A stretch of DNA of 64,000 nt from Candidatus Enterousia sp. (GCA_045613345.1 JAZLAT010000017.1:42005-106004); one strand, 5' to 3'. Positions 47,811 through 57,369 are shown, counted from the first letter of the stretch. Notes: generated by a model from the sequence alone, not told the origin. Translations and numbers: made by a program.

Positions 47811-48471
47811 ATGCCGGCTGTTGTTCGGCGCGAAAAAGTTGGAACGGTTACGAACCGCCACAGTAATGGTCGTTGGGTGCGGCGCAGTCGGGTCTTTTGC
47901 AATCGAAGCATTGGCACGCAGTGGTATCGGCAACATAATTTTGGTCGATTTTGATACAGTTTCAAAATCAAATATAAACCGACAGATATTTGCACTTGAT
48001 TCCACACTGGGACTCGCCAAGACAGAGGTTGCCCGCGAACGAATTGCCGATATAAATCCGGATATAAATGTAACAACCCTTAACATTTTCTTTGATAAAA
48101 ACACCGCCCTGCCCGTGCGTCCCGATTTCGTAATTGATGCCATAGATACGGTTCAATCAAAAATTGCACTGTATAAATGGTGTCGCGCACAAAATGTTCC
48201 TTTTATATCCAGTATGGGCGCCGCGCGCAAAACCGACCCGACCAAAATCAAAATTGATAAAATTTCGCGCACCTTTGCATGCCCCATGGCGGCACGCATT
48301 CGAAAAATTGTACGCGAAGAACGGATACGCGATTTTCCGGTTGTGTTCTCAACCGAAACGCCCGCGCCACACCATTCGCCCGACAAAGAGTTCGGTTCAA
48401 TAATCACCGTCACCGGCACATTTGGTCTGTTTATGGCAAACTTTGCAACAGATTATTTGGTGAACAAATAA
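47776..48471 (+). CDS. tcdA: ThiF/HesA-family protein, TcdA (tRNA t6A dehydratase)-like
   Basis: VVGCGAVGSFAIEALARSGIGNIILVDFDTVSKSNINRQ. The exact start is uncertain. Confidence 0.7.
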   Translation: MGSCHMCDRLNRCRLLFGAKKLERLRTATVMVVGCGAVGSFAIEALARSGIGNIILVDFDTVSKSNINRQIFALDSTLGLAKTEVARERIADINPDINVTTLNIFFDKNTALPVRPDFVIDAIDTVQSKIALYKWCRAQNVPFISSMGAARKTDPTKIKIDKISRTFACPMAARIRKIVREERIRDFPVVFSTETPAPHHSPDKEFGSIITVTGTFGLFMANFATDYLVNK

Positions 48472-48486
48472 AAAGATAAATATAAC

Positions 48487-48514
48487 TTGCCTTTGGCAAA
48501 AGAATCTGTATAAT
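48487..48514 (+). promoter_or_regulatory. candidate promoter of tRNA-Pro(TGG)
   Basis: TTGCCT, 16-nt spacer, TATAAT, 10 nt upstream of the tRNA 5' end. Confidence 0.5.
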
Positions 48515-48524
48515 ATGCCGTATT

Positions 48525-48601
48525 CGGGGTGTAGCTCAGTCTGGTAGAGTGCTTGCTTTGGGAGCAAGATGTCGAAGGTTCGAATCCTTTCGCCCCGACC
48601 A
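48525..48601 (+). tRNA. tRNA-Pro (anticodon TGG)
   Basis: CGGGGTGTAGCTCAGTCTGGTAGAG..CTTGC-TTTGGGA-GCAAG..GGTTCGAATCC..CGCCCCGACCA. Confidence 0.9.
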
Positions 48602-50143
48602 CGAAATACGACCGTTCGATTTTAAGAGTAAATCGAACGGTTTTTTCAAGGAAAACCAAGCCTTTCGTCCTTCAATCGTCGAGTTCGAACTAATCAATTT
48701 CAAAATTGCTCGTTTTTCATCAATTCTCGAACTCTGTATAAGATTTCTAACATTTCCACAGATTTCAATGATATTTTCTATGATTTCACTGATTTCTGCA
48801 GAATTATCGGCACATTTAGTTAATTCCTGTTCTATTTCTGATATTTCCCGTTTCAGTTGAGATGTTTTACTTTCGTATATTTCTTTACTAATGGTTCCAT
48901 CTAATAACATATTAACCGCATTATCCAATCTGAATTGACAGTTCTTTAATCTGTCTTCTAATTGTTGTCTGACATTATTATTAAATGTTGTTTCATTATT
49001 AAAATATTCACGAACGCTTGATTTTAATGCCTTTATTGCCTCTTCTGAAAAAGTTAACATCCCCGTTAATTCGTTTTCTATTTGATTAAATACTTCTGTT
49101 TCGTTGATAGGTTTTTGGTCGCATTTGCCTTGTTTATGACTGCATTTCAGATAAACATACTTTTTACCGCTTTTCTTGATGTGCATTTCGGGTGTCATGG
49201 CACAACCACATTTTTTACATCTGAACAACCCACGCAAAGCAAAATCTAAACTGGCATATTCAGATTTAGCGTGTATGGTTGCTTTGTCTGATAATTGTTG
49301 TTGAACTTTATCAAACAATGCTTTGTCTATCAAAGGTTCATAAATATGTGGTATATAATTGCCTTTAACACGCATAACACCGTAATAAAATGGATTCTTA
49401 AATGCTTCTGCTATACCTGTTCTGGACAAATTTCTTGACGAATATCTGGCCGTTCCACGAGATACTAAGTTATGTGCTTTTGCCCATATAACCATATCGT
49501 TTAAAGAATAAAGTCCGGTGGCGTATTCTTCAAACATTTTCTTTACCAATGGTCCGCGTTCTGGGTCAATTATTATTGTTTTCTCTTTAGGGGACAATGG
49601 TTTATTTAAATATCCAATTGGGGCCAGTCCTTGCCATTTTCCCGAAGCCCAATTATATTCCATACTACGATTTACATTGTCTCTCAAAGCACCAACATAC
49701 ATTTTACCAGACAAGATTCCCATATCCCAGCGCATAATATCTGCTGATGTACTATTTTTAGTCAAAATCAAATTTTCTTTATAAAAATGCAATTCGATAA
49801 TGTCCTGCTTCAATAATTCTTCAATTTCTGCTGATTCTTTAAAACTTCTTTGAAATCTATCAACGCAATGAACAACAATTGCTGTTTTATTCTTTTGCTT
49901 TTTTACAAAATCTAACATTTTATGAAATTCTACACGACCGCCACGGGTTGAACTTTCTATCAATTTAATTTCTTGGATAATGTTTAAATTATTTCCAGCG
50001 CAATACCGTCGAATCGCGTTTAATTGAGCATCGTGAGACGCACCTTCTGCTTGTTCCCTTTTGGAAACACGAGCAAATGCGATTGCTTGATTGCAGGGTC
50101 TTAATTTCTTTAAATTCATTATTACTTCCTGGTTAACAGACAT
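48536..50143 (-). CDS. large serine recombinase (integrase)
   Basis: N-terminal resolvase domain (AIAFARVSKREQ catalytic Ser), recombinase domain, Zn ribbon CKKCGCAM..YLKCSH..C, and a coiled coil. The last 22 or so codons are antisense to tRNA-Pro. Confidence 0.85.
   Translation of the reverse strand: MSVNQEVIMNLKKLRPCNQAIAFARVSKREQAEGASHDAQLNAIRRYCAGNNLNIIQEIKLIESSTRGGRVEFHKMLDFVKKQKNKTAIVVHCVDRFQRSFKESAEIEELLKQDIIELHFYKENLILTKNSTSADIMRWDMGILSGKMYVGALRDNVNRSMEYNWASGKWQGLAPIGYLNKPLSPKEKTIIIDPERGPLVKKMFEEYATGLYSLNDMVIWAKAHNLVSRGTARYSSRNLSRTGIAEAFKNPFYYGVMRVKGNYIPHIYEPLIDKALFDKVQQQLSDKATIHAKSEYASLDFALRGLFRCKKCGCAMTPEMHIKKSGKKYVYLKCSHKQGKCDQKPINETEVFNQIENELTGMLTFSEEAIKALKSSVREYFNNETTFNNNVRQQLEDRLKNCQFRLDNAVNMLLDGTISKEIYESKTSQLKREISEIEQELTKCADNSAEISEIIENIIEICGNVRNLIQSSRIDEKRAILKLISSNSTIEGRKAWFSLKKPFDLLLKSNGRISWSGRKDSNLRHLAPKASTLPD
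48611..48646 (+). terminator. hairpin terminator after tRNA-Pro, lying inside the antisense recombinase ORF
   Basis: ACCGTTCGATTT-TAAGAGT-AAATCGAACGGT followed by TTTTT. Confidence 0.6.
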
Positions 50144-50164
50144 AATATACTCCTTTGTTTTTAT

Positions 50165-50344
50165 TTATTTTATCGGGGTTTCTGGGGTTTGTAAGCGATT
50201 ATTTTTTGCTTTGTATACAGATAATGCACCGATTGCAAAAAATTTAATTAAATCATGAACCGCATTATTTAATTCATCTTTTTCGAATTCATAGTCGGGA
50301 TACCAAGATAGGATTTCTTGCTTTAATATTTCAAAATTTGTCAT
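50165..50344 (-). CDS. small ORF (59 aa) immediately upstream of the recombinase
   Basis: MTNFEILKQEILSWYPDYEFEKDELNNAVHDLIKFFAIGALSVYKAKNNRLQTPETPIK. It is below the ORF-track cutoff and was read manually. Confidence 0.3.
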   Translation of the reverse strand: MTNFEILKQEILSWYPDYEFEKDELNNAVHDLIKFFAIGALSVYKAKNNRLQTPETPIK

Positions 50345-50478
50345 ATCAATACCTTATGATTACACAACAACACATCGTTATTGATATGTATTAGAACGCC
50401 GGTTGATATTCGTTCTTTTGAACAAAAGTTCCAATTTATGAACTTAATTTTCCAAAATAGATGATATTAAAGTTGAAT

Positions 50479-50494
50479 GCACCATATGGTGTAT
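50479..50494. promoter_or_regulatory. island palindromic motif, copy a
   Basis: GCACCATATGGTGTAT. Confidence 0.6.
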
Positions 50495-50768
50495 TACCAC
50501 CCCATCCGTTGAATAAAGTTTGAAACAGTTGATGGTTTTACCGACATTATCTTTGCAATTCGGTATCTGGTTAGCCCCATATCTAACAATTTTTTGACCC
50601 TTTTGGTATTTAGTGATAGTTTTAATTTCTTTAATTGTGCAAAAACTGTCCCATTTTAATTGTGCATTAACATATTGGGCCAATCGTATTGACTTAATCT
50701 CGGTTTTGTGGTAAAATTTGTGTGAAGGATGATTGATTATTCACAAAATTTTTTTAAAGGATATAAAA

Positions 50769-51293
50769 ATGGCAAAAAAAATATCTGATATGAAACAATA
50801 TGTCGCAGAATTGATGGCAAATGGTACTTTGCCCGGAATTAAATATAATGCACCTGCGGGTAATATTCGGGACATAATTCAAAAAATGTTGGATGTTGCC
50901 AATAGAGAAGATTCTTTTGTATTTGAGTCGTTAAACGGAACATTACTTGTTGTGGAACCTGGGATGTCTGTTGATGATGCAATGAACCTTTTACATGAAA
51001 TCCGTTCGGAAAAGAAGAAAACTATTATTCATGATACCATAAAGGATTATTCCGCCGGTGATGTGGCGAAGAGCATGGAAAAATTGGCGAAAGATTACGA
51101 TATCGTCATATCAGATGTCAACGGAACAATTTTTAGAATATTTAAGGGTATGAGTGCCGAAGACGCGCTTAATGCACTGACAAATGTCCGGAAAATTGAA
51201 AAATTAAGATTTGCATCGCAGAAATTGCAAAAGGACCAAACATCTTCAATGCAGATGGGACAATATTTACAAAATCAAAACGATAACAGATAA
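50769..51293 (+). CDS. hypothetical protein with an internal duplication
   Basis: ESLNGTLLVVEPGMSVDDAMNLLHEIRSEKK aligns with SDVNGTIFRIFKGMSAEDALNALTNVRKIEK. The MAKKISD start is preferred. Confidence 0.55.
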   Translation: MAKKISDMKQYVAELMANGTLPGIKYNAPAGNIRDIIQKMLDVANREDSFVFESLNGTLLVVEPGMSVDDAMNLLHEIRSEKKKTIIHDTIKDYSAGDVAKSMEKLAKDYDIVISDVNGTIFRIFKGMSAEDALNALTNVRKIEKLRFASQKLQKDQTSSMQMGQYLQNQNDNR

Positions 51294-51309
51294 ATCAAGG
51301 AGAAACATA

Positions 51310-52206
51310 ATGTCAATATTGGATGAAATAAGAGATAATTTGGAAAAAAAACTAAGAGGTTCCAAAAACAAAACAGAAAAATTTAAAAATGCAACGGAGA
51401 GTGTAACAGATGAAATAATGGCACCTTTAAAAAATGCCGTAAACAAAGGTGAATATACACCATTTCATAGTGTAATATCACCGGATACAAGACAAACGTA
51501 TGCCGAACTTTTTAGAAAAAATTTTGATTTTGCAGTTAACAAATTGAAAAACGGCGAAATTCGTTCTTTGAATTTAGAATTTATTGAATCTACCTGTTGG
51601 GTTGGTCCAGGTGACGATTTAATTGATAATTCTGCCACTATGGTTAATCCTTTATTAGCAGGAACTAAAGTTGCAAAGAGCAGCGCGAAAAGTGATTACG
51701 CGGAAAAATTGGCCAATGCAATTAAAGATAGCAAAATCACATCTGTTGAATTATCGACAGATTTTGCTACAAATGGAGTTGCTATCTGGAAAACGACACA
51801 AAAAGAAAGAGACACTATTATGTCTGCTTTGCCGACAACTGTGAAAAGATTTTCCAATGGTTTGGGTTTCACAAACAAAGATTTACAAGACCTTACAGAT
51901 TTAATGAATAGAGTTCCAGGTATAGAAGTGCATTTGAATTTGATACAACCTTATGCGTATTCAAAAGTTGAAATTGGGCCATTTGACGATAAAACATTTG
52001 CCGATTTTGTTAGTGCCGTGAAAAAAAGTGATGGAGTATATATAAACTGTTTATCGGATTGTCCTTTGTTTGATTCTTCAGAAAAACGAAAGTTAATGCT
52101 GGAACAATCTATTGGTGCCAAAGCGGTAGAAACAAACACTGGATTGGTCTTTGATAAAAATTATGCGTTCAAACAGAAGCGACAGGAATCGGTTATGAAC
52201 CGATAG
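51310..52206 (+). CDS. hypothetical protein (298 aa)
   Basis: Strong AAGGAGA RBS before MSILDEIRDNLEKK. No motif recognised. Confidence 0.6.
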   Translation: MSILDEIRDNLEKKLRGSKNKTEKFKNATESVTDEIMAPLKNAVNKGEYTPFHSVISPDTRQTYAELFRKNFDFAVNKLKNGEIRSLNLEFIESTCWVGPGDDLIDNSATMVNPLLAGTKVAKSSAKSDYAEKLANAIKDSKITSVELSTDFATNGVAIWKTTQKERDTIMSALPTTVKRFSNGLGFTNKDLQDLTDLMNRVPGIEVHLNLIQPYAYSKVEIGPFDDKTFADFVSAVKKSDGVYINCLSDCPLFDSSEKRKLMLEQSIGAKAVETNTGLVFDKNYAFKQKRQESVMNR

Positions 52207-52262
52207 AATCTGATGGGTGCTCCGACAAATCTTGCAAGATATTAGCCCATCGTGTAAACTAT

Positions 52263-52278
52263 GCACCGTATGGTGCAT
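52263..52278. promoter_or_regulatory. island palindromic motif, copy b
   Basis: GCACCGTATGGTGCAT, ending 22 nt upstream of the M16 ATG. Confidence 0.6.
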
Positions 52279-52299
52279 AATTTAAAAAGGAATCAAGAT

Positions 52300-53580
52300 A
52301 TGAAATTTAACCCGACAATGCATAAATTATCAAACGGGATTACCGTGATATTGGACCCGATGGATATTGCTACCGTTGAATTGAATATTTGTTTCCGTAC
52401 CGGCAGTGGTGATGAAACGCCGAATGAATACGGTATTACACATTTTTGTGAACATATGTTTGACAAAGGGACACCGCGTTTTCCAACTGTGCGTGCTGGT
52501 GATGATTACATTGCCGAACATGGTGGTTATACAAATGCGGCAACCGCGATGGAATATTTACGATTTACCGGTCGTATAGTTGCCAAAAATTTGATGGTGT
52601 TGTTGGATTTTTGGGCAGATAAATTAAAAAATGCAGTATTTGATGAAGATGTAATTGAAAATGAACGCGGAATTATTTTGGATGAATTGCGCCGCAGGTT
52701 GTCCGATAATGCTATAAAAGCGCAAAATTTTACATATGAAAAACTGTTGAACCTGGATGTGCCGAAAGGAAAAATGATACTTGGTACCCCCGATACCATA
52801 AAGCAGTTTACGCGCACAGATATGGTGAATTTTGTGTTAAAACGCTTGTCGGCAAAAAATTGTTTGATATGCATTTCTGGCAAAATTGAAAATAAAAGAA
52901 AATTGTTGAAAGATTTGGAAAAATTGTTTGATTTTTTACCGACACATAATGTAAAGAACCATAATCCTTTAAATTATAAACCTTGTTTTGCACACAATTA
53001 TATACCAGATACAGAAAATGTTGTTATTGAATTTCTGCTTCCGGTTTTGTGGAATTATCAATCTGCAAATTTCTATAAAAAGGACGCGTGTGTAGCAAAA
53101 TTTGAAAGTTATTTACGCGAAAAATTGTTTGATATACTGCGAACAGAAAACGGATTAACTTACAGTGTTTATAAAACAGGGCATGGGTATGGAAAGGTAC
53201 GGTTGACCGGTTTTGAAACAGAAACATCGCCGGAAAATGTTTCGCGTGTTGTTGAACTCGTTGCCCGAACTGCCTATGATGTTTATACCAAAGATTTGCC
53301 GACAAAAGATTATTTACGCAGACATACAAACAAACTCCAACTGGGGCGGGCGAATTTCTTGGAATCTAATTCTAATCGTTGCGACCAACTGGTTATGGAT
53401 TGGCTGCATTTTAACGGTTTGCACAACTTTTATGAACAATGTCGGTTATCGGATTCGGCTACAACCAAAGATGTATTCAAATATACACGCGGATATTTTG
53501 ATGGTCCAATTTCAATAATAACACATGGTCCAGAATTTAATGGTAATTTGAAACAGATTTGGAATAAGAATTTTAAATAG
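52300..53580 (+). CDS. M16-family (pitrilysin/insulinase-like) zinc peptidase
   Basis: Inverted zinc motif HFCEH within GITHFCEHMFDKGT and downstream ..EHGGYTNAAT. Two-domain length (426 aa). Confidence 0.75.
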   Translation: MKFNPTMHKLSNGITVILDPMDIATVELNICFRTGSGDETPNEYGITHFCEHMFDKGTPRFPTVRAGDDYIAEHGGYTNAATAMEYLRFTGRIVAKNLMVLLDFWADKLKNAVFDEDVIENERGIILDELRRRLSDNAIKAQNFTYEKLLNLDVPKGKMILGTPDTIKQFTRTDMVNFVLKRLSAKNCLICISGKIENKRKLLKDLEKLFDFLPTHNVKNHNPLNYKPCFAHNYIPDTENVVIEFLLPVLWNYQSANFYKKDACVAKFESYLREKLFDILRTENGLTYSVYKTGHGYGKVRLTGFETETSPENVSRVVELVARTAYDVYTKDLPTKDYLRRHTNKLQLGRANFLESNSNRCDQLVMDWLHFNGLHNFYEQCRLSDSATTKDVFKYTRGYFDGPISIITHGPEFNGNLKQIWNKNFK

Positions 53581-53588
53581 AAATTTAG

Positions 53589-54611
53589 TTAAAACAAACA
53601 CCCTGTTTTTTTTAACTCTCTTATCAATTCATTGGTTGTATGAGCCACAGGAACACCTTTGACAATTTCTCTTTCGCAAAACTTTGGTATAAACTGAATA
53701 CAGTTTATTCCTAATGATAATGCGGATTCTATATTTTGTGGTCGGTCTTCGATGAAAATTACTTCATTTGGTTTAATATTTTTGTGTCGTGCCAAAGCCG
53801 TTTTGAAAAATTTTGGATTTTCTTTCTTGATGTTTATATCTCTGGAATATACACCTGGAACATTCAATTCGTCATGAACAGAAACATATTTTTTATACAA
53901 TGGATGTTTGGCAGGTAATTCTGGTTCCAAACCGGCGTCAGAATCCGGATATTTTTTGTCTTTTGCTCCACCTAATCCGTTATCAGACCAAATTTCAACC
54001 AAAATTTCCGATTTTTGTAATTGTCGGGCTAATTTAACATTATCTGTAAAATCAACACTTATAACATTAGTCAATAACGGTTGAACACGATTTAATAATT
54101 TTGCATGAGCCGGATACGCTTTTTTAAGCACAGAAACGATTTGCTTGGATGTTTTGCCATGTTTTAATTGAAATTTTATCCAATCACTGGTCCGCCCCAG
54201 CCCTTCGCGAACTAACCAATACTTTTCATCGTTTGTAAAATTCGCCTTGTTCAAAACATCCCAATTAACCGGTCTAAACAACACATATCCTTTATCAAAA
54301 GTTATCAGTTTTATCTGTGTTTTATTGGTTTGGTTATGTTTGCTGCGCCGTTGATAATGCACGGTTAAAACCGATGTAATAACCATCAAAGTCAAACTTA
54401 ATGTTGCCATGGAAATCACACCAATTTCGGGACTTTCTAACAAGATATAACTTAAATAACATATCTCTGAAAATATCCATGTTAACCAACTGGCCAAATT
54501 TATATCATCCGCCGATTTGGTTTTAATCAACTGTATGATTTGTGGTAAATAACCAAATAAATTCAAGCCCGTGCAAATAGAGAAAAGCATTAATGCAATT
54601 GCCGTTTTCAT
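53589..54611 (-). CDS. PQ-loop (SemiSWEET-like) 3-TM module fused to a HAD-like domain
   Basis: N-terminus GYLPQIIQLIKTKSADDINLASW (PQ motif) with 3 TM helices. C-terminus ..ITFDKGYV.., IWSDN and KPNEVIFIEDRPQNIESALSLGINCIQF (HAD motifs I-IV, motif I degenerate). Confidence 0.6.
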   Translation of the reverse strand: MKTAIALMLFSICTGLNLFGYLPQIIQLIKTKSADDINLASWLTWIFSEICYLSYILLESPEIGVISMATLSLTLMVITSVLTVHYQRRSKHNQTNKTQIKLITFDKGYVLFRPVNWDVLNKANFTNDEKYWLVREGLGRTSDWIKFQLKHGKTSKQIVSVLKKAYPAHAKLLNRVQPLLTNVISVDFTDNVKLARQLQKSEILVEIWSDNGLGGAKDKKYPDSDAGLEPELPAKHPLYKKYVSVHDELNVPGVYSRDINIKKENPKFFKTALARHKNIKPNEVIFIEDRPQNIESALSLGINCIQFIPKFCEREIVKGVPVAHTTNELIRELKKTGCLF

Positions 54612-54748
54612 AATATAATCCTTTTATATCGCATAAGAATTATATCACAAAAAGTAAAAATTATAAACAAACATTCTGATTCAATATCTTGGGGCAGTTC
54701 ACAGTAAACAGATTGATAAAATATTCCGTTTATGTTATAATAACCAGC

Positions 54749-55414
54749 ATGGAAGACGAAAAAATTATTGAAAAAACAAATACTGTATTAGAAAAAATCG
54801 ACGCATTTTTTCATGGGTTGGAACCGTCGTTGAAAAACGCTATATCTCGCGATGATTATTTTGCCCAACACCCGGAAATAACAGACCAAGTAAATTATAA
54901 CTTTTCTTTGTCGGCCGATGATATTATCAAACAACAAATTCCTTATAATGCCGCCGGGTGTACTGGGCGTGCAAAGTTATTTTCTAAGTATGCAAAAGAA
55001 GTAGGTTTGAAAGATTTTAGTGTTGTTGCCACTGTTAAACAAGGCGATATCAAGAGCAAAAATTCGGACCAAATGATAGATGGTCATCAAATCATCGCTA
55101 TAAAATTATCAGATGGACTGCACATGGTTGACCCGGGAATCGGTAAAACATATGAAAAAGCAAAAGTGGATGGAATTTGTTGTGTTGGTGAAAATATAGA
55201 TGCAACAGGAAATAATCATAAAGACCATGTAATAAGTGCAATTTTAGACCCAGAAGAGTACGATAGTATCAAGACATACGAACAGATGAAAAACATTTAT
55301 CTTCGTGGTGTTTATGAAGCGGCTACCAATAAACTTAAAGCCCAAGAATCAAAAAATATTATAAACAACGCAAATAAATGGTATAACATTAGCAAAGAAC
55401 AAAGAGATTTATAA
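54749..55414 (+). CDS. hypothetical protein with a transglutaminase-like Cys-His-Asp pattern
   Basis: AAGCTGRAKLFSKYA (Cys), DGHQIIAIKL (His) and MVDPG (Asp), in the order and spacing typical of the fold. Confidence 0.45.
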   Translation: MEDEKIIEKTNTVLEKIDAFFHGLEPSLKNAISRDDYFAQHPEITDQVNYNFSLSADDIIKQQIPYNAAGCTGRAKLFSKYAKEVGLKDFSVVATVKQGDIKSKNSDQMIDGHQIIAIKLSDGLHMVDPGIGKTYEKAKVDGICCVGENIDATGNNHKDHVISAILDPEEYDSIKTYEQMKNIYLRGVYEAATNKLKAQESKNIINNANKWYNISKEQRDL

Positions 55415-55442
55415 ATTAACATATGTCATAAAGGGCGCAAAA

Positions 55443-56006
55443 ATGGAAAAATTCTTTGAGTTGTTTAACCATAATTTAAAAACAGAACATTTGGAGTTGC
55501 GTATATTGAAACCAACACAGGAAAATGCAAAATTATTGTGGAATGCGGTAAAAAATGAAAACCCCGATGATTTTAAATACTCTCCGATTATGCCCAAATC
55601 AGAACAAGAAGCATTAGAAACAATGCAAAAACAAGACAGTTATTGCCAAGATACGGGTGTTTGTTGGTACATTTTTCATAACAATGATTTGATAGGTTTT
55701 CAACGAATACACTATTGGGAAAGCAATAAAACTTTACAATTTTCTGAAGTGTGGTTGGTTCGTTCTGCGTGGGGTAAGGGTTTTAATAAAGAACTACATG
55801 ATTTTATAGAAAAAATAGCGTTTCAGGACCTAAAAATCCATCGTGCTACACGCCAATGTATGGCCGATAATGTCCGTAGCAAAAAATCCATTGAACGTTC
55901 AGGATACCATTTGGATGGGCGAATGCGTGATTCAAATCTAATGCCAGACGGAACATGGATGGACCATCTGAATTTCACGAAATTGGAAACAGAATACAAG
56001 AGTTAG
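55443..56006 (+). CDS. GNAT (RimJ/RimL-like) N-acetyltransferase
   Basis: LELRILKP.., the ..VWLVRSAWGKGFNKEL core, and ..NVRSKKSIERSGYHLDG. Confidence 0.7.
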   Translation: MEKFFELFNHNLKTEHLELRILKPTQENAKLLWNAVKNENPDDFKYSPIMPKSEQEALETMQKQDSYCQDTGVCWYIFHNNDLIGFQRIHYWESNKTLQFSEVWLVRSAWGKGFNKELHDFIEKIAFQDLKIHRATRQCMADNVRSKKSIERSGYHLDGRMRDSNLMPDGTWMDHLNFTKLETEYKS

Positions 56007-56052
56007 ATTGTTTCTTGGTTTGTCCCGGAAATGTGATTCTGTGCTTTCATGG

Positions 56053-56568
56053 TTATCGTTTACGGACGCGTTCATATTCATGCGACCGTGTGCGTTCCAT
56101 ATTCATTACCATTGTTTTTTGTGGTTTTCTTTCTGTGCTTGCGATAGATTCCGAATTCAGGAACCCGTTTATAATGCTGGTTCCAGATTCAATCAAAGAA
56201 TTTGCATAATCGCATAAATTTATAAGTTCTTGACCAGACACATTTGCCACAGAATTTCTTTCATTACTTTGTAATTCCTTTATCTCCCACTTTTTGCGCA
56301 ATTCAAAAACAGCGATACGAAGGTATTCAACAATAGGTGTAGTGTTCTTTATCTGAAAAATTTGGTCCAACAGTTCTCTCATAGCCGATTTCCACGCGAC
56401 ACTAAGTCTACCGCCGCGTACCCAAATCAATATACTTTTGCCCCGGAATATAGAATCCAAAGCGTCGTCAATTTTACCCCGTATGTCTAATGAAATAGAA
56501 TTTTCATCAAAGCAATTACGGTTTTGACCGGCGGCCATCGCAATAAGTTTTTCTACTGTCTTGTCCAT
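56053..56568 (-). CDS. hypothetical protein (171 aa)
   Basis: Clean ORF with no motif recognised. Confidence 0.45.
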   Translation of the reverse strand: MDKTVEKLIAMAAGQNRNCFDENSISLDIRGKIDDALDSIFRGKSILIWVRGGRLSVAWKSAMRELLDQIFQIKNTTPIVEYLRIAVFELRKKWEIKELQSNERNSVANVSGQELINLCDYANSLIESGTSIINGFLNSESIASTERKPQKTMVMNMERTRSHEYERVRKR

Positions 56569-56680
56569 TTGATTCTTTTTATCACCTTTACAATATAATA
56601 ATGTTTTTTGTCTTGGTTTTCAAGGGTCGTTATAAAATAATCATACAAAAAGACCCTCGTGAAGAGGGCCTTTAATCTTT

Positions 56681-57280
56681 TTAACGATGACGATACCAAG
56701 ATTCATAAATCAACGACTTATATTGGTTGCCTTCTAAATGGTTTAATTCTTCTGCACAGTTCCACACTTGGTCTGTAAAACGCGCACCATGAGCAAACAA
56801 TATAGTTGGAATATCTTGGTAAAAAAGCCGAGAAAAATTATCTTTGTTTTCTTCATCATCATCGGCGCACTCATAATTGTCCCAAGAACCCCATCTTTGA
56901 GATAATGAATATACCATCGCATCTTTGCCAGATTTATCACGCAAGTTCACTTTCGCACCATGTGACACTACAAAGTCAATGGGTTCCAATAACCAGTCTG
57001 TTGTTTCAAACAAATCGGTATCAATACAGTTGCTAAACCCGGCCATTTTCATAAGGACAGTTTTACCTTCCCAATCTTTGGCATTAAGATTTGCACCATT
57101 GTTATACAACAACTCTACCGCTGGCAAACCATAAACATCGATTTTGCCACCCACATACGGCAATAAACTGTTTCTTACATGGCGATTCTTGTCGGCACCT
57201 TTGGCCAATAAAGATTTTACTCGTTCGGCATCAATGTCCAAAAACGCCTTTTCAAGTTCATTATTCAGACTCTTTCTCAT
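56681..57280 (-). CDS. ankyrin-repeat protein
   Basis: Repeats LLAKGADKNRH.., LLYNNGANLNAKDWEGKTVLM.. and VSHGAKVNLRDKSGKDAMVY. Confidence 0.75.
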   Translation of the reverse strand: MRKSLNNELEKAFLDIDAERVKSLLAKGADKNRHVRNSLLPYVGGKIDVYGLPAVELLYNNGANLNAKDWEGKTVLMKMAGFSNCIDTDLFETTDWLLEPIDFVVSHGAKVNLRDKSGKDAMVYSLSQRWGSWDNYECADDDEENKDNFSRLFYQDIPTILFAHGARFTDQVWNCAEELNHLEGNQYKSLIYESWYRHR

Positions 57281-57369
57281 TACAGACTCCTTTTGGTTCT
57301 ATCTTCAAAAATATATATAATACCAAAAACAATCTTTGTCAAGTGTGTCTAAATAATATTATGATAAAA

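Noticed and set aside
46824-48143. Minus-strand ORFs 46824-47399, 47357-48076 and 47787-48143.
   Set aside because: They are antisense to the well-supported tatD and tcdA genes and their products have no recognisable features.
50444-50683. 79-aa minus-strand ORF in the island.
   Set aside because: It has no convincing RBS and contains palindromic motif copy a inside it. It lies in what is more likely the promoter region of the 50769 operon. It was left unannotated, though it is not excluded.
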